A program made the position numbers and the translations under genes. The notes beneath the pieces are model-generated. The model was not told where the DNA came from. It worked only from the letters and a program-made list of their open reading frames with translations, and ran no database searches. Positions 11,769 to 22,957 of a stretch of 48,394 bases of DNA are shown one piece after another (the first letter of the stretch is position 1; every line of letters begins with the position of its first letter). Source of the stretch: Lama guanicoe (lineage: Eukaryota); the NCBI GenBank assembly GCA_013239625.1, contig MU053379.1, positions 1,606,974 to 1,655,367 of the forward strand. Reading direction: 5' to 3'.

Positions 11769-12626
11769 CTTTGGCAAATAAGATCAAGAGGTAAAGGATC
11801 TAAAATCACGGACCCGATTAGAGCTGCAGCGTGTGGGAGACGAGCGTCCGTGAAGAGCCAGGCCAGCGGAGAGGACAGGTTGCTGAGGATGAGCGCAGGG
11901 TTCCTGCGGAGCCCGGCGACCCCGGACCCCGCTCGGGGGGCTTTGGTGTGAGTGGCTCTGAGTGTCCCTTGCAGGAAGCTGCGTGGAGGAAAGTCAGTGC
12001 AACATCCCCCAGGCAGGATTTTCAAACCCACCCTCAGAAGAAGAGACACGGGGCAAGGCACTCCCAGGAGGCGCCTGTCTGCTCACCTGTCCTCGCCGGC
12101 CACCTGCAGAGCCCTCGAGCAGGTGAAGTGCCATGCGGAGTGACTTCTGAGTGGAAGCCAGAAGAATCTGACGTGTACTGAATGTCATGCGATTATCCAT
12201 TTGCACCAGGTCCGACGGAGAGGACAGCATTTGCTCTAAGGGTCAAGATTTCACGAGACCTGGCCGAGCGCTTGATCGCTGGGACCCCACCGACGTTCAC
12301 CCCACATCTTTCCTGGTGGGGAAGACGAGTGCAGCACAGATTTCTATTGTTAGAAATAGCCTCAAAGCTCAGAATAAAGTCTGGGGTTTGCTTGGAGGGC
12401 AGACTCAGTGAAGGCAACGGTGCTTGCTAATCATGGGCACCTCTGAGACACGGCCCTCGAAAGGGAGCCGCACGTGGGGCCCGCTCTGCTTCTCTCGGGT
12501 CTTTTCCGGTGGATGTTTGACTTCGGCCTGTAGTTGAGCTGATGACAAGTCTACCATGGAGCCTTGACCTTTCCTGGGACCAGGAGTGCTTGTTAAGGAG
12601 GATGTCATACACAGGATGGTCTAGTT

Positions 12627-12789
12627 CTTTTCTTTCTTTTTTTTTTTGTGTTCTTTTTTATTGAAGTGTAGTTGGTTTGCCGTGCTGCGTCCGTTCCTGG
12701 CGGACAGCATCCCAGTTCAGTCACCCACGTACACACATACATTCGTCTTCATATTCTTTTTCACTGGGGGTCGCTGCAGGTTACTGAGG
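12627..12789 (-). mobile_element. 5'-truncated cetartiodactyl-type L1 3' stub with 13-bp TSD
   Basis: T-rich tail then ttgaagtgtagttgg. TSD ggatggtctagtt (12614-12626) / ggatagtctagtt (12790-12802). Confidence 0.8.
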
Positions 12790-13469
12790 GGATAGTCTAG
12801 TTTTGAGACCCATCCCCGTTTTATAATGGCACTGAGACTTTCATTTCCTTGCGTGTCTCACGTGGTCCCCAGTTCCCAGCTTTGCATCTCTCCTCCTCTG
12901 CCCTGTGAAGGGCTCTCAGCTGCCTTTATCTTCCTGGGCACACTCTCAGGTTTCCCTGGCTGTCTCTGACCAGCTCGGCTCTCACTCGGAGCCCAGAGCC
13001 TCTGTGCACACGTGTCTCCTGTCGTGGAGTCCCTGCCGGGTGACCTGACTGGCCCCCCTCACCTCCAAGGCCCAGAAGCCAGCTTTGCCCTTGCAGGATC
13101 CCTGCTGATGTTAGACCCCTGCCTTTGAGCCCACGTCTAGGCCTTTCTGGTGCCTCTGTGACTCAGTGTCACCACCTCCCGTCCGCTCCGGTGGGAGCAT
13201 CCACAGAACGGATGTCACCTTCATGGTGTCACTCTGGTTCCTCAGCTCTCAGCCACTTTTCTGACATTCAGCATGTCATGGGCCTCAGCAGGTCTGAGGG
13301 CAGCTGCTGGGAGAGTCTTCCTCCTTCAAAAGGAGCCTTTTTTAGGTGACTCAGTTCCACCCCTCAGATCCAAGAGATGGAGGGTGACTAACTCAGGCTG
13401 CTGCTGCCTGGACCCGAGTGCAGGTTGAAGAGTCGCCCTCGGGGGGGAGGGGCTTTTCCAATGACACCT

Positions 13470-13897
13470 TCTTTTTCCTTCTTTTATCCCCCCAGCTTTA
13501 TTGAGGTATAACTGACAAGCAAACTTTTATGTATTTAAAGCACACAAAGTGATGATTCGATGCGCATATACGTCAAGTTAATTAACACCTCCGTCACCTC
13601 ACATAGTTACCTTTCTCGAGGTGAGATCACTTCAGATCTACTCTCCTACCAGATTTCAAGTATACAGCGCAGGGTTATTACTCCAGTCACTATGCTGCAC
13701 AAGAAATCACCAGAATATACTCATCTTGCAACTGAAATTTTGTACCCTCTAACCAACACCTCCCCGTTCTCCCCCCGCCCCCAGCCCAGCTCCTGGCAAC
13801 CGCCACACTCTCTCTTTCAATGAGTTTGACTTTTCTTTCTCTTCAGATCCCACCTGTAAGTGACACCATCCACTATTTGTCTCTCTCTGTCTGACTC
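13470..13897 (-). mobile_element. L1MA9-like 3' end
   Basis: cagctttattgaggtataactgac, tcacctcacatagttacc and cctggcaacc. Confidence 0.8.
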
Positions 13898-14226
13898 AAC
13901 ACAAGCTTCTATTCACTCTGTGTGAGTGAAACTGAAACAAGATCTGGAAGCAAAGCTAGGTCTCTCTGCATGAGAGGCAGGTCGTTCAGGAGAGTGAGAC
14001 CGCAGTACCAGGATGCTCTTGCAGCCTCTGGTGATGGGGGTTGCACTGTATGCGTATCCTCACTGCTGTCCTGAGATGTCATAGTCAACTGTGAAACACG
14101 GGCATCTTCCTAAATAGACAAAACCAGGATTGTCCAAGGGGAGTATTCTCCACGTGCGGGGTAGCTGGACCACACAGCCCACACCTCGTCCTCCCCAAAG
14201 GAACTTCCTTCTTGGAGATTTCTCAC

Positions 14227-14341
14227 TCAAGTTCTGGTCTCAGTATGGACACGTCGCTTCCCCTTAACAGTATGATTGAAAAAGTCTGACCCTCAAGGAA
14301 ACCTTCCCCAAGTCTTCTGGATCGTAAAATGGAAATATACA
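14227..14341 (-). pseudogene. Exon (115 nt): (M)YISILRSRRLGEGFLEGQTFSIILLRGSDVSILRPEL(E)
   Basis: Acceptor cttgtggttcctttcag|TG, donor TGA|gtgaga, open frame, phase 1 to 2. Confidence 0.65.
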
Positions 14342-14479
14342 CTGAAAGGAACCACAAGTGAGATAGTCTGGGTACGCAGTATGGCTTTTTTTATTGTTGT
14401 TTTGTTTTGTTTCAGTTTATTCTTGTGTCGCTCTGCAGAGGTCCTTTTAGTCCCCAGCTTGTGGCTATGTCAGACCCTG

Positions 14480-14642
14480 GGTGGATGTTGGGAGGTTCGT
14501 GGATGAATTTCAACGAAGTTTACCAATGCCCTGAAGTTTGAATTGAAGGGTCATGTGCCTGTGCGTTTTCCTGGGGACAGAGTCCACAGCTTTCATGAGG
14601 TTCTCAAAGGTGCCTTTATATCCCCAAGTGGTAGGTACCACG
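14480..14642. mobile_element. MER103-like hAT-Charlie element
   Basis: ttttcctggggacagagtccacagctttcatgaggttctcaaagg. Confidence 0.6.
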
Positions 14643-14796
14643 TTAGCCCTGATACCTGAGTCCCACAACCTGGATGTCTCCACTTCTCAGAGATAAGAGG
14701 TGAAAAGTGAGAGACATATAGATCCCCTCTCCAGTTTCCTTCCTGAGTGATTGACCCCAAGAACAACCATCTTTTTCACGGGGCACCAAACCACAC

Positions 14797-14920
14797 TGAT
14801 GACCAGCTCAAAGCACAAATCCGACAGAAATGGCGCCCCAGTATTTGGGATCATGTGTATTGTAGACCCAGCCTCTGCCTGGCTCTTGACAAGGTCCTGT
14901 ATAAACGAAAGTTCCTTATG
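14797..14920 (-). pseudogene. Exon (124 nt): HKELSFIQDLVKSQAEAGSTIHMIPNTGAPFLSDLCFELVI
   Basis: Strong acceptor ctgcctgtttttacag|CAT, open frame. The weak donor TCA|gtgtgg gives phase 1, matching the next exon. Confidence 0.58.
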
Positions 14921-15179
14921 CTGTAAAAACAGGCAGCAATTTTGTTTAAACCTCTCTCATCTCTTGTCCCTGGACTTCAGTTGAACTGGGTTTCAGGAAT
15001 GGTTAGCAAGTTGTGTTTCTATAGACGCCCGGTGGGGAGAACGCTAACTGCAATCTGCTTCATGTTCTCAGAAGGTGAGAACGCTTAATGTTGTGGAAAC
15101 AACACCACGTGTAGTTCCAGGGATAGCCGCGACCATAGAACCGTGCGTTGGTTCCATCCCCCAGTGGGCGGCTTATCAC

Positions 15180-15322
15180 CTCTGCCAGTAGATGCAGCTT
15201 CATGTGTAATTGGCAAGATCACACAGATACTTTTCCAGAGTGTCCATCTTAGACTGGTAGACCAGTGGCAAAACTGCTGGTTCCGACTTGACTGATCAAA
15301 TATTGGAAGTGACCAAAGGGTC
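15180..15322 (-). pseudogene. Candidate exon with two TGA stops: DPLVTSNI*SVKSEPAVLPLVYQSKMDTLEKYLCDLANYT*SCIYWQ
   Basis: Acceptor tttagtttgcaag|GAC (phase 0 fits the upstream exon), donor GAG|gtgata. The end phase does not match the next exon (indel or missed exon). Confidence 0.45.
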
Positions 15323-15354
15323 CTTGCAAACTAAACCAGCAGTGTTGAGTCCCC

Positions 15355-15525
15355 ATGGAAAGAAGGCTACTCCTGGGACGGAGAGGCCAGAGTTACAGTG
15401 CTGCCCTGGGCACTGACCAGCTGTACAGGTTAGTAGGTTAGCTGGTCTGTCTGGATGTTCACCTGGGTTCTTGCCAGTAGACTAAGGCTCTCTGAGGTCC
15501 AGTGCAGCTCTGACTTCTGTGTCTA
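15355..15525 (+). mobile_element. MIR3-like SINE, degenerate
   Basis: 3' end tagactaaggctctctgaggtccagtgcagctctgacttctgtg. Confidence 0.45.
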
Positions 15526-15698
15526 CTGACTGTACACATTTGAGTGAATCTGAAAAAGCCTAGGGGGGAACACGTGGCCTTAAATATGGGCAGAAGGACA
15601 AGGGACAGGGCTAGTACTATGAGTTGGGGCTGCACTAAAAGAGGTTTCAGCTGGTGGTTGAATTAAAAAATGTTGGGACAATGATGGTCTTATTTCAC

Positions 15699-15797
15699 TG
15701 TCTGAGACGTTCCAATGGAAAGTCCAAAATTTATCCAATGATTGTATAATCCCCCACCTATCTTTGGCTCCATCAAGGCAAACAAATTGGAACTGAT
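15699..15797 (-). pseudogene. Candidate exon (99 nt): ISSNLFALMEPKIGGGLYNHWINFGLSIGTSQT
   Basis: Pyrimidine tract tttccttcttgtttctcgag|ATC (GAG acceptor), weak donor ACA|gtgaaa. A second frame is also open, so the translation is uncertain. Confidence 0.48.
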
Positions 15798-16179
15798 CTC
15801 GAGAAACAAGAAGGAAATATAAGCATGTTTACTAATTAGGGTCACGTGTTCACTTCTGCCGTCATCTGTTTGCCCCAGTGCACCCTCTCTTTTATCATGG
15901 CTATGCTCTGAAATAGCAGTTATACACTGGACAGCTATGGAGTAAAGTTTAGGCTTACATTTCCCAGCAGGAGTCAGATTCACTCAGCGTCTGCCCTCAG
16001 ACACGGCACCCGGTCCTAAGCCAGGGAAATATCTTATTCTAAATAGCTGTACACAGGGCCCGAGTAATGGACACATAGGGTGATCTCCTCCTGCAGACAC
16101 TGGTCGGTAGTTTAAGCAGCTTCCTCGCAGTCCTGCCAGTGACATGCACACTTCTCCCCGTTCTCACCTGATAACTTAC

Positions 16180-16242
16180 TGTTTGTAGAACCGGAAGCAA
16201 TCTGGACCCAGTGGTGATTTGGTAAACGCTGAGTGTCTCCAC
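16180..16242 (-). pseudogene. Exon (63 nt): VETLSVYQITTGSRLLPVLQT (frame uncertain)
   Basis: Acceptor gactttgcag|GTG, donor ACA|gtaagt. All three frames are open; phase 0 was chosen to fit the neighbours. Confidence 0.58.
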
Positions 16243-16306
16243 CTGCAAAGTCCACCAGCAAACTCAGGTTTGAGTTTTGGAAATGTTTTCGATAGATGAA
16301 ACTTAC

Positions 16307-16385
16307 AGCGACCCCATTAAACCTTTGATCCAACAGAAGACACCATTTATAAGTACTTCCCAGTGGGGCCAAGGACAGCTGAGTA
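16307..16385 (-). pseudogene. Candidate exon (79 nt): TQLSLAPLGSTYKWCLLLDQRFNGVA
   Basis: Acceptor ccaaatacag|T, donor GCT|gtaagt. Leaves only a 64-nt intron to the next exon. Confidence 0.48.
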
Positions 16386-16492
16386 CTGTATTTGGATACG
16401 GTAATATCCAGGTGAAAATAGAAACTCAAATTATTTTATCCCTCATGCATTGAATGTTTTGCTTAGGCCCAGCCAGTGACCTAGAAATTCAC

Positions 16493-16576
16493 CACTAGAA
16501 GGATGATATTTCAAAATGTTTCTGAGCAAAATAATTTCCAGTAAATGTTATCTTCAAGTGCAAGTATTATGCTAAG
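16493..16576 (-). pseudogene. Candidate exon (84 nt): LSIILALEDNIYWKLFCSETF*NIILLV
   Basis: Acceptor tttgcatttgtgtcaag|CTT, donor GTG|gtgaat. One stop, and the phase mismatches the downstream exon. Confidence 0.38.
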
Positions 16577-17149
16577 CTTGACACAAATGCAAATCAGATA
16601 CGAAAAGCCTATCCTAAGCGAGCATAAAGGGGGGACGGTTCATAAACACCCAGGACACGCAGCGATACAGGCGGGGTGTTTGGCGAGCGGGAGCCTTGAC
16701 GCAGCGGAGGAAGTTGCCAGAACTGCCACGGGACATGGCTCAGGAGAGGCAGCTCAGCTTGGGTGGAAACCAGGTTGAAAGCGCAGGTCGGAGTCAGAGC
16801 CTGTTCAGGATGTTTTCGGCACCACAGGCTGGGGCGACATTAACCTTCTTAAAGCTACCGTGTTGTCCCCTAGACTCCTGGAGAGCCCTGGGGCTGGCGG
16901 AGGCCCTTGCTGGTTAGGAGGGGCCCAGGAGGTCATAGCCCAGCTGGATTGTCTTTTGAAACTTTTAAGATATTTACTGAGCACCTGCTACGTGGGAAAC
17001 CTCTATAAGGCATGGCAAGAAATTCTAGGAAGGGTCACTTTTAAGGATCCTGAAATGTAGAAACAATTACCATTATCTTAAAATAGATGCGAGGAAAGAG
17101 AAAATGGATGCCGAAGAGGCATCTGATGAATGTCAGTATCTGCTTCTGG

Positions 17150-17542
17150 TAAAACTGAGCGAGGACGAGCCGGGTGGACATGTGATTTGATGGAGATGAT
17201 GATGGGGCCATAAGCCATTTGGTGTAACCTGCCCGCTTGGCTACAGTGACTTTTCAGGAGTGAGTGACAGTCCGCTGGGCCAGTGTGACATGAGTGTATT
17301 TCTTCTGGCTCCTGGAGAGATGTTCTCTTTCTGTTATGTGTGAACAAGGAAACATGTCACCCGGAGAGGCCTCTGGCAGCCACCATGGGGCCAGGAGGAA
17401 GTGGCCTTGGACCTGCGACTGGGAAGATGACGACTGACCGGATGGCTTGCCTGAACTTGCCGAGGGGCTTCTAATTTACTGTATAGGCCAGTTTGAGTTT
17501 AGTTTTCTGTTACTGAGGACAGCCGAATGAGCGCTACCTCAT
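17150..17542 (+). mobile_element. MLT1 (J/K-like) LTR
   Basis: ttggctacagtgac, ggcagccaccatg and gccagtttgagtttagttttctgttact. Confidence 0.55.
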
Positions 17543-17569
17543 TAAAACATCGATCTTCAATCAAGAGGA

Positions 17570-18380
17570 AATACCCTGTTTAACGGAGAAGCATTACAGA
17601 CATGCTCATTAAAGTCAGAAACAAGAAAAGATTGCCGCAGTCCGGTCTGTAATTCAATATTGGTTTACGCTGCATTAGCCAATGAAGTCGGGCAGATAAC
17701 GGGGAATGGGTTTTGGAAGGCAAGACTGACGGGGCATTATTATCACTTACTGATCGTCCTGTTTTCTATTTGGAAAACTTAAAATAATTAACCAGGAAAC
17801 TATTGGAAGAGAGTTCAAAAATATGGCTGGGCATCAAATATAGGGGGAAAAATCTGTAATTCTCCTGTATACCAGTGATAGTTACAGAGCATGAAAAATG
17901 AGGTCACTCACAACTGTAAAAAATAATGTGTGGAGCTCAGGCTTTAAAAAAACAGCATTTAACGGAGGGCAGTCATTTCAGAAATCTATTTGAAGCAGTA
18001 GGAATGCAGCCCCCAAACAGACAAAAATGGTATATTCATTTTCAGAGCTCAGGGAGGCGATGAGAACCAAAAGCTTTAACAGCTTCAAAACACTTTGTTT
18101 CCTAACCTTTATTTGTCCAGAAATTTATCCTACGGAAATCGCTGAAGATCTTTTCGAAGATTTAATTCCAGGGATGTTCACTGAAATGTCTTTTATAAAT
18201 ACAGGAAATAATTAAAATGTGGCACAAAACGGATTTATGTAAATCTATCCTGGCATTTTCATACACAGTGGCACACTTTGCAATTTATTGAAAATGTGTT
18301 ATCAGAGTATTGATTGAATTGGGAAGATACACATGTCATAGTAAATGAAGACAATACTAAGCAGTATGCACAGGGTAATC
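17570..18380 (+). mobile_element. Old L1 fragments (ORF2 reverse-transcriptase region and 3' part)
   Basis: 17579 onward translates FNGEALQTCSLKSETRKDC, resembling L1 ORF2 LNGEKLEAFPLKSGTRQGC; ccagaaatttatcctacggaaat. Confidence 0.55.
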
Positions 18381-18671
18381 TGATCTTAAAGCAGAGGTGC
18401 TGTGGCAGCAGGTAGTGATGGGAAAGGGAAGGCTCGATTGGATGTCCTAGGGGTGTCACATGGCACGGAGGCCACACGCGGGCCTCTAGAAGGGACAGTT
18501 CTGAGAGGAAGGACGTGGAGAGACAGCCAACAAGAAGCAAAGCTACTAACTGCTTCTGTGTGTAATTCTCCACCCCGTGGCTCCACACATGTTCAGTGAA
18601 ACACACGTGGAGTCGCTGGATTTCCTGTGAAAAGCACATGGGGCTGTTTCCCACTGCGTCACCATGGTTGG

Positions 18672-18942
18672 GTGTGCTAGTTATCTATTGCTGTGTAACA
18701 AATTGCTCCAAAACTTAGTTGCTTTTCTCTCACTCAGCATTTATCATCTCACACAGTTTCTGCAGGTGAGGACGTTGGGGGACAACTTCCACTGCAGCAA
18801 GGGGTCTGAGGGAGAGACTGGGCACCCAAGATGGAGGCGGAAGTGCTTCAGAACCAGTCTCAGACGTGACGTGCAGACTAACCCGGGAGTCACACAAGGG
18901 TGCAGACACCAGGAATTCACTGGGAGCCATCCGGGAGGCTGT
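18672..18942 (-). mobile_element. MLT1 LTR, internally deleted
   Basis: tagttatctattgctgtgtaacaaatt...aaaacttag and end gggagccatccgggaggctg. Confidence 0.65.
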
Positions 18943-19362
18943 GGGACGAGAAGAGAGAGTTGAAGGGAGGGGAGGGCGGGAACACGGTGACGAGGTCAGA
19001 CATTTGGGAGGATCACAGATGGCATGTTGGATTCACCAAGTAGTGAAATTTGGGTTTGGAGCGAAGCTTACCTACATCTCGGAGGGTCACTGAGGCTCAA
19101 GTTGCGACATGGAATGTGCAGGGACTGGCCTGCAATCTCTTGCTGCCCGTTAGCTGGGGCATCCGAGAGAGGCTGTTTGAGGGTGGCGCCATCCCACACG
19201 TGCAGCCCGAGCCGAGGGGTCGCCAGTGATGTGAAGGGTCTGTGTAGTGAGGAGCAGCCCTGGGAGCGCGGGTGACCACAGCTTTCATATAAATAGTCCC
19301 CGTTATCCGTGTGCCGGTAGGAGGGTCAGGTCACAGCAGTGGGAGGAATATGTGTCCCTTAC

Positions 19363-19430
19363 AGAGATGTGACTGCGTCAGCTCTGGAAGCGAGTGCTCG
19401 AATGGGCAAGGAATGTTGGTCTTTTGATAA
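19363..19430 (-). pseudogene. Exon (68 nt), frame unresolved
   Basis: Acceptor gcatgtttccctcag|TTA and donor TCT|gtaagg in unique sequence. Confidence 0.55.
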
Positions 19431-20123
19431 CTGAGGGAAACATGCTAGTTGCAGCCCCTGCAAGGGGACAGAAACTGAACCAAAGTTCAAGGACAATGGT
19501 TTCCTCCTGCTGGTTTGTCCCCCCCCCGAGGGACCCCATTCATGGGATCGGAGCTCCCCTCTTTCCCGTGAAATGAACAGAAGGCTCCTTGGATGTTCAG
19601 TCACTGCTTGAGGCAGAATCTAAAACATAGGAAAAAGTGGGTCAGGACTCTGCAGCCCTCCGCCCTCTGGAGGGGGGTCCAGATGGGGGCTGACAGCGGG
19701 GCATCTGCGAGAGGAGGACAGGAGGCTCTGGGCGCAGAGTCAGGGACGGAGGGGGGATCCTGTGGGGCACCTTGTCGAGGCTCCTGTGTGACCAGGGTTC
19801 AAGGTACCTAAATAAAGCATGTCTCCTCACCCTTCCCCCAGCACTGCCATGGGGCAGTCTCCCACGTTCTGCAGAAGGGAAAAAATGCTGTAGATGTCTG
19901 TCCAGATTCAGTGTTTGTTTGGTTTGGGGCAGACAGAAGAGAATTTTCTAGGGAGAAGGCTGCCTAAATGCCTGGAAACATGACGGCAGTAACTGTCCTC
20001 TGGGGGGCGTTGGGCGGATTAACCAGTCACGACAACCCACAGTCCAGGTGCTCAGAGCCCTTTCCCCGACCACCACGCCTCCCTCCGCGCTCCCCCACCC
20101 CGGAGCATCGAAGGGCAGCTCAG

Positions 20124-20203
20124 CACACGCACACGCACACGCATGCACACGCACTCGCACACCAGCTGCACACACACACATACTCACAGGCACACGTGTA
20201 TGC
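20124..20203. repeat. Imperfect (CA/CG) purine-pyrimidine repeat
   Basis: cacacgcacacgcacacgcatgcacacgc...cacacacaca. Confidence 0.8.
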
Positions 20204-20300
20204 AAACAGAGACAAATTAGCATACACGATGACAGAGGGCAATTTTTATTTTATTATGTAACCCACACAAAATCCCAGGCCTTCAGTGGCCCAGTCTTAC

Positions 20301-20434
20301 CACTTTGTCCCATTCAAAGAAACACAGTTTAGCAAATAAAAGTAATTTAAAAATAAACAACCTTCACAAGTATCTGTCAAAGAACGTTGAAGGGGCTCTA
20401 ATTCTAAATCCATAGCAATTTAAAACCAAATTCC
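20301..20434 (-). pseudogene. Candidate exon (134 nt): (G)NLVLNCYGFRIRAPSTFFDRYL*RLFIFKLLLFAKLCFFEWDKV
   Basis: Acceptor ccttgctacactgcag|GG, donor GTG|gtaaga, one TGA. Frame tentative. Confidence 0.42.
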
Positions 20435-21489
20435 CTGCAGTGTAGCAAGGTCACAGTGCAGCAAGAGGGGTTTAGGAGACAGAAGAAGGGCTAGTGGAGG
20501 TCAAGGAGAACTACCTGGAGTGGGCTGATGCCAGAAGTGAGATGGACGGATGGCGTTAACTAGGGAACCAAGGGGCTGAGGGGCCCCTCCAGGCAGAAGG
20601 AACAGTCTGAGCAGAGGTGGGAAGATGGGGGTGTTCTGGGAAAGTTCTATTTGAGCATAAGGTATAAATAAGGGAGTGATGGAAGAGAGACCCAGAGAAA
20701 TAGGCTTACAGGGGAAGTCCCGTAGTTGTGCTAAGCCATCCTGGGGGGTGGGGAAAGCGGCTTCAGAGGGTTTTGGCCAAAAGGGACACAGTGAGACCTG
20801 CACTGTTCACACAGCCATCCTGGGGTGGGTGGGGGGGTGCAGTGGGTGAGGGCAGAGAAATGTGGGGCAGGAAAAAGAGGAGATTTTGGAGACGCACTGC
20901 TCGGCTTGGACTGGAAGGTGAGAGAGCAGGGCAGGTCCAGCTGAGTCTCAGGTTCCCATTTGGGGGGACAGGTGGATGCGGGTTGCCAGGGGAGGCAGGG
21001 AAAACGGGGTTAGGCCCCGCTTTGCAGGGAAATGTGGGCTTGGTTTTGTCCATATTGGCTAAGGTGGGGACAGCATCCAGGTTCAGAGCTCAGCAGGGGA
21101 CTGAGTGCTGGAGTCAGAGAGCCCACAGGGGGTCAGGCTGGCCATGGGGACAGGGCTGGAGGGGCTGTCAGCTGTTGCTGAGAGTCGAACAAGGAGCGTG
21201 GAGGGGCAGCGGGGAGCGCTGGGCTCAGGAGAGGACCTGGCATCACAGCCTTGCTGTGGTTGGAGGAGAGGCACCCACTGTGGGCCAACGAGGCAGCGGC
21301 GGCCGTGCGAGGGAGGAGCAGATGGAGGGGTCGACATAAGGCCAGGGGGCCAGGGGTTCAGCCTGCAGAGAAGCTTCAGTGCCCGGGGGGGGAGTGATGG
21401 AGCCAGAGCCAGGACTCAGGCTGGCTGTGGTGGGAGACAGGCCAGGGGCAGCCGCAGTATCTGAACACAGGGACTGGAGGGGAGGCTGA

Positions 21490-21702
21490 GTGAGCCCAGG
21501 ATGCTAGGATCACACTGCCTGGGTCCACGCCCAGCTCTGCTGCTCGCTGCCTGTGTGACCTTGGGCAGATCACCTAACTTCTCTGTGCCTCAGTTTCCTC
21601 ATCCATAAAACTGCAGTAAAAGTATATACCTCAAGGGTTGTCGTGAGGATAAAATGAGTCAGCAAGTGTATGTTATGACATGATACATAGCAAGTGCTAT
21701 GT
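21490..21702 (+). mobile_element. MIR SINE
   Basis: Core tgtgaccttgggcagatcacctaacttctctgtgcctcagtttcctcatccataaaa. Confidence 0.9.
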
Positions 21703-21840
21703 CAAAACTGCCGGTGTTACAGCTCTTCCCGAATTTGTCTGGCAGGTTTTCCGGTCTACACCAGAAAGCCCCCATGAAAGCAAACAAACAAACAAACAAA
21801 ATAACCCTGCTATTATTATTATATTACACATAACATGTGT

Positions 21841-21843
<3 letters not shown>

Positions 21844-21887
<44 letters not shown>
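21844..21887. repeat. (GT)22 microsatellite followed by an AT-rich low-complexity tract to about 22120
   Basis: Direct reading. Confidence 0.95.
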
Positions 21888-21891
<4 letters not shown>

Positions 21892-22318
21892 ATGCAGCGT
21901 ATAGAATACAAGGTATATATTATACAATACATATAGTATGTGTATGTAATATGTACTGTATACAGCTAGCATGTACGCTATATATGTAATATTATAATAA
22001 ATACTATTATAACACATACATAACAGCATGTATGATATTTACACCCTAACACAACTGCAGTATGTGCTGTGCACACTGTATTTAATATGTGTTACACTGT
22101 CATACGTAACATGCTGTGTAACTGTGTTCCCTGCTGTCATGGATACGCGGCACCTGCTATTACTTGTTAAAGTTACTATCAGCAGCATCATTCGTATTAG
22201 AATCCTTTCAATGCCACAGGTGCCTATTTAACAGAGAAGCGGTGAGGCCAAGGCAGAACTTTTGATCCCAGGTGGTTGTGTGGGTGTTGACACTATGACC
22301 AGAAACAGAGAATCTGGG

Positions 22319-22320
<2 letters not shown>

Positions 22321-22354
<34 letters not shown>
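22321..22354. repeat. (GT)17 microsatellite
   Basis: Direct reading. Confidence 0.95.
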
Positions 22355-22357
<3 letters not shown>

Positions 22358-22828
22358 GAATGTGGCTGTAAATACGAAATTGGGGAAAGGGTTGACAGAG
22401 CTCTTGTGAGCCGTCTGGTTCAACCTGCTCATCTCCCGATGAGAAGTGGTCCCCTGAGCTGCCCCCTCCCTCTTGCACGCCTGGATTTGGGTAGAATCTG
22501 ATGGACGTAGTCAGCACAGAGGTGAGGGCGGAGTGGTGGGGAGGCCCCCCTACTGGAAGCTCTGCTGTCCTTCCTTTACTGGGGGTCCAGCTTGACCATC
22601 TCCTCTGCCCCCCGCCCCGCCACGCTTTCACCATTATGACGTTTAGAGACTGTCCTCTGCCCCCAGGGCTGCTGATGTTTGCTCTGGAGGGACTCCTGTT
22701 GGGAAGCTCAGAGAACACTCAAAAATACTAACAGGTCAGTGCTTCAAAAGCCCAGGTTAATACAGAAAGGAGCCGGGGCTGGTCTGGTCCTCAAGCCTGA
22801 GAACCGTTAGTCTCCTTAGAGACATCAC

Positions 22829-22957
22829 CTCGGGGGAGCGGGCAGATGGGCGCCGCCCAGGGGCTCCGAGGATGCAGGGAGTCCCAGCAGTCCTTTGGTA
22901 TTTCAATACTCTATTGAGTATCAAAACATATTCTCTGTGACTTCCCCATCATCTTGG
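22829..22957 (-). pseudogene. Candidate exon (129 nt), at least one stop in every frame
   Basis: Strong acceptor tactatcttttctttcaag|CC, donor GAG|gtgatg. Confidence 0.45.

Noticed and set aside
16292..16412. Plus-strand peptide-like reads (TFDPTEDTIYKYFPVGP)
   Set aside because: No consistent + strand exon chain; better explained as the antisense of exon 16307-16385.
20728..21339. 203-aa plus-strand ORF
   Set aside because: G-rich low-complexity sequence with Gly/Arg/Trp bias and no splice or domain support.
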